Shown one piece after another: positions 38,840 through 48,553 of a stretch of 64,000 bases of DNA. The translations under genes and the position numbers were made by a program. The stretch's first letter is position 1, and every line of letters begins with the position of its first letter. Source of the DNA: Chrysemys picta bellii (Eukaryota); contig NC_088792.1 of NCBI RefSeq assembly GCF_011386835.1, forward strand, positions 163,308,001 through 163,372,000, given 5' to 3'. The notes under the pieces were generated by a model. That model worked only from the letters and a program-made list of their open reading frames with translations, made no database searches and had not been told where the DNA came from.

Positions 38840-38990
38840 CATTTAGAGGACAAACTAGAAGAAGGCTTCTAACCATCAGCGAGGGGCGTGAGGCTCTGGA
38901 ACAGCCTCCCAATAGCACTGAGGGCAAGTAATCAGTCTAGTTTTAAAACGGAGCTTGATAAGTTTACAGGTGGGATTATGTGACGGGGGT
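38840..38990 (+). mobile_element. CR1 ORF2 C-terminal fragment
   Basis: TTCTAACCATCAG...CTGGAACAGCCTCCCAA...GAGCTTGATAAGTTTA parallels 4700-4800. Confidence 0.7.
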
Positions 38991-39455
38991 TGCTTGCGGC
39001 CGTGCCCCCCTCATGCCCGTGAGATGCCAATTTGACTTCCCAAGACTGGAGACAGACAGGAGAGGAAGGTGCAGAGCGAAGAATGGAAAGTGGGCGAATT
39101 GAATGTGATTCAATAGATTAAAAAAAACCCCGCAAAACCTTGCCGTGCTCATCTTCCTTGTCAGTCACTGTTCACTGGGTGCTGCTTCTGGGTTAGGGAT
39201 TGGAGGGCGGAGGTGAGAGATGCTGCATGGAGCCGCCATTTGGGAATGCTCCCGCCCAGTGACATCTCTCCTTATTCCAGCCAGGGACCAAGGAACCTGT
39301 CACCCCAGGACTCCATCCATGGAGGCTTTGCTGAAGGTTGCTCTTGGGTCTCACAATTCAAAGTTCCTGGGTGCTAGAGTGGGCTCCCAGTGCCAACAGA
39401 GCAGCCCACTAGGTTGATACAGAACCACTGACTCTGTTTTGTCTTGTCTCCCCAG

Positions 39456-39526
39456 GACAAGGAGCCCTTGCGTTCGATCCTCCTGAAGGACGTCCTCAAG
39501 ACCCACGAATGTCTAGTCAAATCTGG
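39456..39526 (+). CDS. PLEKHA2: PLEKHA2 coding exon 8
   Basis: DKEPLRSILLKDVLKTHECLVKS+GG; ccccag acceptor, GG|GTAATG donor; phase 0/2. Confidence 0.95.
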
Positions 39527-39743
39527 GTAATGCCTTTTCCTGCACTTCTGTTGGATTCGGTCCCGTTAGACGTGAGGTGGCAGTGGCTAAGAAAGGACTT
39601 TATCCTCCGAGGAGCTAGCCCGGGTGTCCCAGCCAAGTTCCAGTGGGGTGGCTGCATCCTGTCTGGCCAAGGACACCCCTGTGGTTTTGTGGATGGTTCT
39701 TTGCTTCCTGTGCGAACCTGCCCTGTAGCACTGCCGCTAAACA

Positions 39744-39954
39744 GGGTACGTCTGCACAGCGAGCGGCTGTCCATGGCATCGAGCCTCAGAGCCAGGGCCA
39801 GCAGCCACGGCGCTAACAGTAGCTGTGTAGACATCGCGGGACAGAGCCCGAGCTCCAGCCCGATCTGCCATGTCTACAAGGCTGTTTGTGGTGCAAGCCT
39901 GAGTCTGTCGACCCAGGTCTGAGACTGACTGCTGCAGGCTGTGTAGACATGCCC
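39744..39954. mobile_element. PIF/Harbinger MITE
   Basis: TIRs GGGTACGTCTGCACAGC / GCTGTGTAGACATGCCC; 3-bp TSD ACA; related to 26393-26674. Confidence 0.8.
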
Positions 39955-39990
39955 ACAGTGCTGTGTTACAACCCAGCAGTGGATGGATCG

Positions 39991-40200
39991 GCAGGATGGG
40001 CTAGTGGCTAGAGCCCTGTATGGGCACTCGGGACACCAGGGTCCATTTTCTGGCTCTGCCACAGGCTTCCTGAGTGATTTTGGGCAAGTCATGTAATCCC
40101 TCTGTGCCTCAGTTTCCCATCTGTAAGTGGAGGTGCAAGCAGTGCCCTGCTGCATAAAGTGGCTATGAGGGTATGTGCTCAGATACTGCAGTGAGGAAGA
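39991..40200 (+). mobile_element. MIR/CORE-like ancient SINE
   Basis: TTGGGCAAGTCA...CTCTGTGCCTCAGTTTCCCATCTGTAA core. A second fragment lies at about 40350-40470. Confidence 0.75.
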
Positions 40201-42095
40201 GACCCAGTGTTAGGAGGAGAGGGAGGGTGACATGGGGACCCTCTGACTGGAGCAAGTATGCAAGGAAAGAAGGGGAGAATTACGGAACGTTAAGGAACAA
40301 TGAGAGAGTCTGACCAATCCACAGCGGCCCATAGGGCTCCTTTGGGGGGACAGTACTAGGGCATGAGTGAGGACTGGTAGGTCCTAATCCCAGCCCTGGT
40401 ACTGACTCTCTGTGTGAGCGTCAAGAAATCACCTCACCTCTACATGCCTCAGTCCCCCACCTGGAAAAGGGATGTGATGAAGAGGGGCACGTAAAGGATG
40501 CAAAGGGCAGATTGTAGTTTAAGTTGCCACAACTGAGTTCCCAGCCAGGGCTGTCACTACCTGCTTCTCCTCAGATCATGTGTTCTCTGGTGCCACTCAG
40601 AGTCATCCTTCCTCGTTTGAGTTACGCTGTGTCTCACTGGAATTCCCCAGTGGTCACATTTCACAGCCTCCCCTGTGTCACAGGTTTGCTGCTGATCTCA
40701 GGCAGTTTTTCAGGGTTGGTTTGTGGCTGGGACCCATGGCTTTCATTGAGGGCATCTTTCCAGTATGTAGCACCTTTAATTTTCCCTTTATTTTGTTTTC
40801 CTGTTATCCGTCTGGAGTTGGGACCCAGCTCCCTGTCCTGGCCAAGTTACGCTGCGTCTAGACATCCCATTTCAATTAGCACCTTTGATCTGAGCAATCC
40901 CGTATATTTACTTGGATGCTGAGACTCCCTTTTTCAGAAGGAGTGAATTTACGGAGAGTAGAGCCGCTCGGAGTCCCCAGAAGGAGCTGGCAAGGGAATG
41001 CATTCCACAGCCAATTGCAGGTGGACAGCCTGAGCAAGAACGCTTAACCCCTGTTAAACAGAGTGCAGAGAGACTCCCTCCCAAGCAGAGCATCCACCCA
41101 CCCAGACTGCAACGGTGGAATAAACCGCTGTTATGTTCAGGGAAGAAAGGTGGGGTGCCCTTGTGGGGATCTGGAGTGGGGCTGCAGCTTCCTATATACA
41201 TCCGGGGGGAGTCAGCTGCTGGCCAGAATTCATCCCTTCCCCTCCGCCCTTGGCGCACTGAATTAGATGTGTACCTGAGGACAGCAAGTGGGTGGCTAGT
41301 TAGAACTCTGCTAAATGGAGGATCACAGTCTGTATGGCAATGAGGAGGGGCTCTGCAGACATGCAGTTACTGTTTGCGAGTGAACTCCAAGCTTGGGTTT
41401 GACATGTATTAGCTAATTGGCTAATTCTTGCCCCATCTTATGCTGGCACGACCCTAGATCTTCACCAGTATAGATGTTGCCACAGTTAAAATTGTGAGAG
41501 GGAAGCACAGTGCACTGAATAACAGTATTTGTGTCCTTAATGAACTGAAGAAACTACTCAGGAAACTAAGACCTCTGTGCTGCTGGCAGGGACAAAGGCA
41601 GCTAGGGTTACATGCAGTCCAGGTACTCACCGGGTGAGTGTCCTCTCCACCCAGACCTATCAAACATGGTTTGGTTTTCTTCATTTTCTTCTCCCTCACT
41701 TGTGCATCCCTGCCCCCCAGGGTCCTGTGATGGGCACCACTTTTGAGTCATGTTCCTGGTTTACTGGGTTTTGATGCACTGGTTTTGAATGGACCCATGT
41801 TATCAGATATGATGAAAACCAGATGAAAAATTGATTGACAGTGATTTCATAGGCAGGCTGCACAACATCTTTAGTGTAATTTACTGCTCGTGATATTTGT
41901 GCTTGCGCTGAGCCTTAGGAGAGCCATGAATAAGACCAGGCCTTTATGAATGCTGTTTTATTACCCAAATTAGCAGTGGAGATGCTGAACATATCCAAGT
42001 TGATTTAAAGGTGTGCAAGTGAAAACATGAGCTAGAGCTTTAATGAAACAAACTCTTCTTACCCTATGCAAAAACCATTTGACTGACAGAATTAG

Positions 42096-42344
42096 GTCAC
42101 ACTTTATAGTAAGGATCCACTTATAAAGGCTAAATAAACAGTTAATAAATCAAATAGAAAGGAATAGTATGTGTTATAAGCACATCAGTAGAAGGTGTTG
42201 TAGATGATTATAATCTATGGTTATAAGCAGTCCCTTGACCTGCTGGACTTTAACAATTGACTACCCATTTATTTAAAACCTCTATTAATCATTTATTATC
42301 CTTTATCAACTATTTATAAATGGAACTTTTGTGTAAAGTGTGAC
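42096..42344. mobile_element. Ancient AT-rich MITE-like element
   Basis: Perfect 11-bp GTCACACTTTA / TAAAGTGTGAC termini, extending to 26/32 matching bases. Confidence 0.6.
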
Positions 42345-42565
42345 TGAGAATCATTTGGCTTGCAGACTGCAGTGTGCGTGTGTAAACAAGGTATATGATA
42401 AGAAACACAGACCTCAATTCTATATAACTTAAGATCAATACTGAATACATCCAAGGTCTGCATTGAATATTCTGTTAATGTTTTCTCGATATGAGCATAA
42501 AGAAGAAATAGTCTATCCTGCATATGATGAATTCAGGGTAACCTCTCTCTTTCTCTCGTTTCTAG

Positions 42566-42629
42566 TGACCTTCTCATGCGGGACAATCTGTTTGAAATCA
42601 TAACGAGCTCCAGGACATTCTACATCCAG
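42566..42629 (+). CDS. PLEKHA2: PLEKHA2 coding exon 9
   Basis: (G)DLLMRDNLFEIITSSRTFYIQ; tttctag acceptor, CAG|GTAAAA donor; phase 2/0. Confidence 0.95.
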
Positions 42630-43023
42630 GTAAAATCATTCCTAGTTTAAGAGGACTTTGAAATGGTTAGATAACCTGTACTGCACATGAGCTCATAATG
42701 GGGACCGGTGTTTTGCTTTGAGTTTACTGTTTTAGGCAGTAAATTTAGCTCTTGACAGTTGCTCTGAGTCACATTCATCTAAACAGGATGCTCCCTGATG
42801 GGCTTTCAACCAGAAAACACAAGTAGGTGAGTTTGTATACAACTCAGCTCAACTTTGAGGCTCCAGTTGGGGGGGGGGAGGGAGAAAAGAAAACTGCCGG
42901 GTGGTTTCAGTTCTCCAATTCAGTATATTTATAATTGCAGCTATTTGTATGGGCAGGAAGAAACATGTAGACACAAAAGTACCAACACTTAGATGAAAAT
43001 CCAGATGGAGAAAGTCATGACTG

Positions 43024-43233
43024 AAAAACTTTTTTACTAGGAGGGTGGTGAAGCACTGGAATGGGTTACCTAGGGAGATGTTGGAATCTCCATCCTTAGA
43101 GGTTTTTAAGGTCAGGCTTGACAAATCCCTGGCTGGGATGATTTAGTGGGGGATTGGTCCTGCTTTGTGCAGGGGGTTGGACTAGATGACCTCCTGAGGT
43201 CTCTTACAACCCTGAGATTCTATGAGTCTATGA
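43024..43233 (+). mobile_element. CR1 3' end (same subfamily as 2325-2470)
   Basis: GGTGAAGCACTGGAATGGGTTACCTAGGGAG...ATTCTATGAGTCTATGA tail; possible 7-bp TSD ATGACTG. Confidence 0.9.
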
Positions 43234-43711
43234 CTGTCCTGGTCCTGAAGTTTGCTGTCCATCAGCCAGCCCTCTTTCACTTCCTCAGGGTTGTTGATCA
43301 TTCCCAGCTCCTGGTGCCACGTGGAGGATGGAAAGTGAACTGAAGTCTGGCTTGCAGCAGTGCAGGCTGCTTCCTGCTTTTTAGGGCAAATACTGATCCT
43401 AACACAATGATAATGCTCAAATATTTCCCTTTCCCTCTCCGGAGCACTGTGCAAACATTAATGAATAGCAGCCGGTTATCCTCTACTTCTAGCCCCTCTT
43501 AACTCTTTCTTTCCACGCCAGTCAAAATGAATGCTTGGGAGGCTGTCAGCTCGATTCTCCATTACGTTGTTTTTTGAACAGTCATTTACACTAGTGCAGA
43601 GTGCTACCATCCCGATTTGGGAGCATTTTACATCTGCTTTGCAATGGCGTTAATGATGACATGAAGTAAACGGCAAGGAAGAGTCTGGCCCTGTACGTAC
43701 AGAGCTATATA

Positions 43712-43847
43712 CGTTTCAGAGTGGTAGCTGTGTTAGTCTGTATCAGCAAAAAGAACGAGGAGTCCTTGTGGCACCTTAGAGACTAAGTGGGATGAAGTGG
43801 GTTTTAGCCCACGGAAGCTTATGCCCAAATAAATTTGTTAGTCTCTA
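43712..43847. mobile_element. Penelope-like pLTR remnant with internal inversion
   Basis: Perfect 13-bp TSD ACAGAGCTATATA (43699-43711, 43848-43860). Forward piece ends TTAGAGACTAA, inverted piece ends TTAGTCTCTAA; decayed hammerhead-type core. Confidence 0.7.
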
Positions 43848-44031
43848 ACAGAGCTATATAAATATCTCCTGAGTCTCCAGGGAGTGAAAGTAAAGAAAGG
43901 GCTGACAGGTAGGGAGCTGTAGTGTGTCTACACTGGGTAGTATTTACACATTGTGTCAATCTGCCAGAGAAATTTCAAAATGAACATCAGTTTAAAGACA
44001 ATACTTCACTCCCCCAAACCCTTAGACTAAT

Positions 44032-44041
<10 letters not shown>

Positions 44042-44092
<51 letters not shown>
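44042..44092. repeat. (CA)n microsatellite preceded by (CT)n
   Basis: Seen directly. Other SSRs: (GTGC)n about 9604-9630, (GTTT)n about 14418-14445, (TA)n(GA)n about 54916-54962, (GT)n about 56924-56941. Confidence 0.95.
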
Positions 44093-44095
<3 letters not shown>

Positions 44096-44547
44096 CCAAC
44101 TTCAGATGGGTGTTGTTGTTTTTTTCACCAGAGACCATGCAAAGCAGTGAGTACTGCACACCCACCAAGCAGTTACAACCAGCTGTCTTCTTTCACTGCA
44201 ACAGTTCCAAGAGATGCAGCAGCCCTTGGGGACACATGTTCTGCAGCCCCCATCTGTGCACCTCTGAGAGCTTCTGCCCCAGCTTGTCTCCTGCCCCTGA
44301 CTCAGGCCTCTGAGGCTTTGGGTGTATTTAGTCTATTCGCTGAGCTGCTCCCCAAAACAAAATAATTCAAACTGAGCAGTATCTGGCCTGAGCATTGCAA
44401 ATGCCTGTGTAAGACAGGCGGGTCTAAGCCAGCTGCAGCTGCCTCTTGGACAAAATCCAGATCACTCGCCCCTGCAAGAGGCAGGAAATCCCACGCTACG
44501 CCTGGCCAGTTCGGGAGCCCAGTGTTTGCTCAGCACTTCGCTGCCGG

Positions 44548-44596
44548 GCTGGTAAGGGGTCAGTGGGCTGCTCTCAGCTGGTAAGGGGTCAGTGGG
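44548..44596. repeat. 20-bp direct repeat, 29-bp period
   Basis: GCTGGTAAGGGGTCAGTGGG at 44548-44567 and 44577-44596. Confidence 0.85.
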
Positions 44597-46301
44597 GAGA
44601 GGAAGTGCCCCATGTTGCTATCTAGTGCCCCCTCTGGCTGGCTGAAAGAGGGGCACTGAGGCGAGAGCTGAGTCCCCAGAGGGAAAGATGCTGCATGGTG
44701 AGGTCTCGGGGCAGTGGGAGAAGAGGCGACGGAGGGAAGCTCTCCATGCCCCAAGGAATCTTGCTGCCTGGAACGACTCATGTGAGAAGCTGCTCAGGGC
44801 CCTGTGGTCTTTGCTCCATTCAGAGCTGGGCGTCCTGTGGAGCTTCTGAATCACCCTAGAGGTGCCCACCAGCTTCTCCTTGCCTCGTACAGCCCAGAGC
44901 TAAATGTCCATCACCCTGAAATCTCTGTGCGGGGGCCTCTGTGTGAGGCGAGTCAGGGTGTGTCTCAGCCCCATTTCTGGTCAGACAGGCAACTCCATCA
45001 CAAAAATCACCACCTCCACTCAGCCCCCACGTGGGACATCTTGGCAGAGAGACCAAGGGCTGGAGCGACTCCGTTCCCCTCTGACCCCAGGAACGATTGG
45101 TTCACGCTCCCTATAGGCCAAGGCTGGGGTGCTGAGGCAGAGTGTGGGGTGGTGATGTCAGGGTTTAGGGCAGCAGATAAGTTTGTGTGTTTGCTCTGCC
45201 ACACCAAGCGAGTGACATCTTTAAAGGAAAATATCTTGGGGGCTCCCTGGAGACCCCTTGGCGTTGCCTTCTTGATGCATGAATGTGTTTAGCTACATGT
45301 GAGAAGCAAACAGGCAGCCAACTCCTTGTAGGAAAGCACCACCCCCGACTTGTTTTCACTGGCCAGCCTCCCTCTGCAGTACCAGTGGTAGGGATTATGA
45401 AGCGGTCTGGAAGTCAAGAGGGGAATCATCCCTAGTGCTTGTCGGAGAAGGGCACATCTTTATCCTCGGTGTGTTTCCTCCCAGCGTGAACCCTTCCGCA
45501 GGGAACGCTTACTTGTGGAGAGCAGGCTGCCATGGTGAACAGAGCGTCAAACCCTCTCTCTGGCCTTGTCTACATTGGGAAATTGACTTGCATAGCTATT
45601 ACAAATAAGCTGTTTTGCAATAGCTATTCTGCAATGGCTCCCTGTGTGGATACTGTATTCTGGAATAAATGTCACTTTTATTCCAGAATTATTACTCTGC
45701 TTTGGAAGCAGACTGATTACTCTGGAATAAAAATCACTGTTGCTCCAAAATAGTCTCCACTTGGGAGCTATAGCTGTGCCAATCAGTTTCCTCCCATAGA
45801 CAAGATCATGGACTCATCTAACAAGCTGCCTGATTTTGCTCTGCAGACTGGTTATTGCTTCAGCTTGTAAAGCCAGATGCCAGGCAGTTGTATCATCTCC
45901 GTTTTTGAAGCATAAAGTGCAGGCTCCAGAATCCAAATATGAGCCTTTGCAAAGCAGGAGCTCTGCAGGGCCCAGCTATTGCTCAGCCTCTCCAATTCAC
46001 ATCACCCGCCTTTTCCACCTCGGGCGTCTGTGTGCACGTCAGTCTCCAAAATGCCCTTCCAGATCCCACCTTGTTCATAACTGGGCTAGAATCCAGAGAA
46101 CCCAGAAGGTCTGAGCATGCAACGCTCTTGCCTGTGGCTGCTCTGCAGGATTTTGTTCTCTGGGAGCCTGGCTATGGTTTGTGTATGTCGGAGAAAGGAG
46201 TTTACCTAGCAGAGAGAGAACCACTGTAATCAGGAGAGTGCCTGGTCTTTGGGGCCCCCCCGAAAGGTCCTCTGCCTGTGCAGAGCCATGGGGGGAGGTT
46301 C

Positions 46302-46500
46302 TTATTATCATAGAATTTTATTATCATAGACTATCAGGGTGGGAAGGGACCTCAGGAGGTCATCTAGTCCAACCCCCTGCTCAAAGTAGGACCAATCCCT
46401 AGACAGATTTTTGCCCCAGATCCCTAAATGTCCCCCTCAAGGATTGAACTCACAACCCTGGGTTTAGCAAGCCAAGGCTCAAACCACTGAGCTATCCCTC
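46302..46500 (-). mobile_element. Tortoise polIII/SINE (tRNA-derived head, CR1 tail)
   Basis: Minus strand GAGGGATAGCTCAGTGG (A box), GAGTTCAATCC (B box); tail matches the CR1 at 43151-43233; two TCTATGATAATAA terminal units. Confidence 0.92.
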
Positions 46501-47663
46501 TGCAGCACAGAAACACAGAATTCAGTTTGGCCTGGAAAATCACTGGCCTTGATCAGCTTCTGCTTCAGCTGACAGGCTCAGCCTTAGTTTATATGTGGGT
46601 GCGTCTTGGCTCCAGTATGGTCTCCAGCTGCTCCCCGAAAGCAACATAAGGTGCCTCCTGCCATGCCGGGACTGAATAAACTACAACTGCAAAGCCCCAA
46701 ACCCCTGCTGACATGGGAGCGTGGGACCTGAATACCAGTCTCCTGCAGGACAGCAAAATACAGCACTGTGCCTCTTGTCCTCTGGCCCAGATCGGGACTG
46801 CAGTGGGACCGCAACAATCGGAGATAGAAAAGCCTGTTTGGTCTCCTCATATCCCTCCTTCAGGGGGTGGTGCAGGACGGTTCCCTACAGTCTATTTTCT
46901 AATGCTTTGCCCAGCCTGGACTGCGCTTCCTCCCCTGGGCGGACGGGGGAGGGGGAGATCTCATGTTTTTTAAAGACTGTTTCCCTAGGTTGGTGTGGGG
47001 GCGGGTGAGGAGGCCATGCTTACTGAAATGTCTCTGCTCACTGCATTCTTTGTATAGCTCTTGCCCCCTGGTGGAGTTGGTTTGTAACTTACATTTTGTG
47101 GTTTTTTGGGGGGGGAAAATAGCCCTGTTTTGTTTTGTTATTTTTTAAAGAGGTTGGCCATATGGTGTTGTCTCATCAGACAAAAATCACCCTGTAGGAG
47201 AATTACAGCAGCGAGCTGCTATTAATGGATCTGATCCTGCAGAGTGTCGAGTGCCTCCTGAGGGCCCAATATGTGCTGATTTCCTAAGCTGTTGGGTTTG
47301 GATACCTTAGAAGTCAGGCTAAGCATGATTTGCTCACCCCTGAAGATTGTCTCATAAATGTAATCAAAAGTCAAGCCTTTTTGGTACATTTCTTGACTTT
47401 CCGAGTGGGGTGAAATCCTAATGACATGTGAAGCAATTGCACAGAAATTGAGCAGGGTTTTTATTTATAAAATAGATCTGGGCTGAATTAGGTCATAAGA
47501 TATACGACCTAAGGAAAGCTTGTGACATGCTCTATATGTGGTACTTGTTAACATCAGAGATGCACTAGCCAGACCCCCTGAATAGTGTAGTTGAACTGTT
47601 GCTGCTCCAAGTGACTTGTAAAATGCAGGCAGAAATCTCATTTTTGGCTGGTATGTTTTGCAG

Positions 47664-47741
47664 GCAGACAGCCCTGAGGATATGCACAGCTGGATCAAAG
47701 CAATCACAGAGGCGATGCAGGCCCTGAAAAGCCGCCCAAGG
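47664..47741 (+). CDS. PLEKHA2: PLEKHA2 coding exon 10 (end of PH2)
   Basis: ADSPEDMHSWIKAITEAMQALKSRPR; tttgcag acceptor, AGG|GTAGGT donor. Confidence 0.95.
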
Positions 47742-48184
47742 GTAGGTCATATCCTTTCCTCTTCACATTTAGCATCAATTAAAGATCCATTATTTTTAAG
47801 CTGATGTGATTTATTTAGTGGCTTGTGCAAATGTTCAGTGAATTAGTCAGTTTCCAGGATGAGACCCTGCTGTCTCTGTATTTGTCTACCACTCGTCCAA
47901 AAAAAGTTTAAAAAACAACAACAAGAACTTAGGAGGAATCATTCAGTCCGGCTTGGCTATGCAGCAATGCTCCCTGAAGCCTGGGCAAAAGATTCAGCAA
48001 CACCAAAAGCTAACTGAACTCAGATTTGCATAGTTCACTTAATTCTCTTGTCCTTGCCTTGAAGCCTGAAGCATATACAGTGCTAAATTCCTGATCTCTA
48101 GAATCGTCCTCCAGGATGCTTAGAGCAATTTCTACAGGAACTAACTCCCATCTTTCCCCCTCTGCTCTGCCTGTCTTTTTGCAG

Positions 48185-48553
48185 GAAATGTCCTTTGCAA
48201 GATCCATTTCTTCTATGAGCAGGCCTGGGTGCTCCAATCTTTCAAGCTCCTTGATCCCCTCCTTGCCCCGAATGAGACAGCCCGGGGACGAGAGGAAAGC
48301 ACTCTGCAAAACCCCTTCCACCCCATCCTGGCAGCCTTGGACACCAGTGCCGCAGCCAGGAGGGAAGCAGCCCATGATAGAGGAGATGACTGGGCATATG
48401 AGAGACTCAGTGTTTGTGCCCTCATTCACAGAGTGTGATACTGGAGCCATGCAGCAGAGGCGTGTACGGCACAGATCTGAACCCCAGCACATTAAAGAGA
48501 AGCCATTTGCGTTTAACCTGGATGATGAGAACATCCGGACCTCTGATGTGTAA
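48185..48553 (+). CDS. PLEKHA2: PLEKHA2 last coding exon (C-terminal tail, PDZ ligand TSDV, TAA stop)
   Basis: EMSFARSISS...RHRSEPQHIKEKPFAFNLDDENIRTSDV*; tttttgcag acceptor. The exon sum gives about 429 aa. Confidence 0.96.
   Translation, partial: EMSFARSISSMSRPGCSNLSSSLIPSLPRMRQPGDERKALCKTPSTPSWQPWTPVPQPGGKQPMIEEMTGHMRDSVFVPSFTECDTGAMQQRRVRHRSEPQHIKEKPFAFNLDDENIRTSDV

Noticed and set aside
46430-46500. tRNA-like A and B boxes (also 5010-5079)
   Set aside because: They are SINE heads fused to CR1 tails, with no complete acceptor stem; not tRNA genes.
48131-48184. Upstream AG at 48136-48137 as an alternative acceptor of the last exon
   Set aside because: Poor pyrimidine tract, and use would be out of frame with an early stop.
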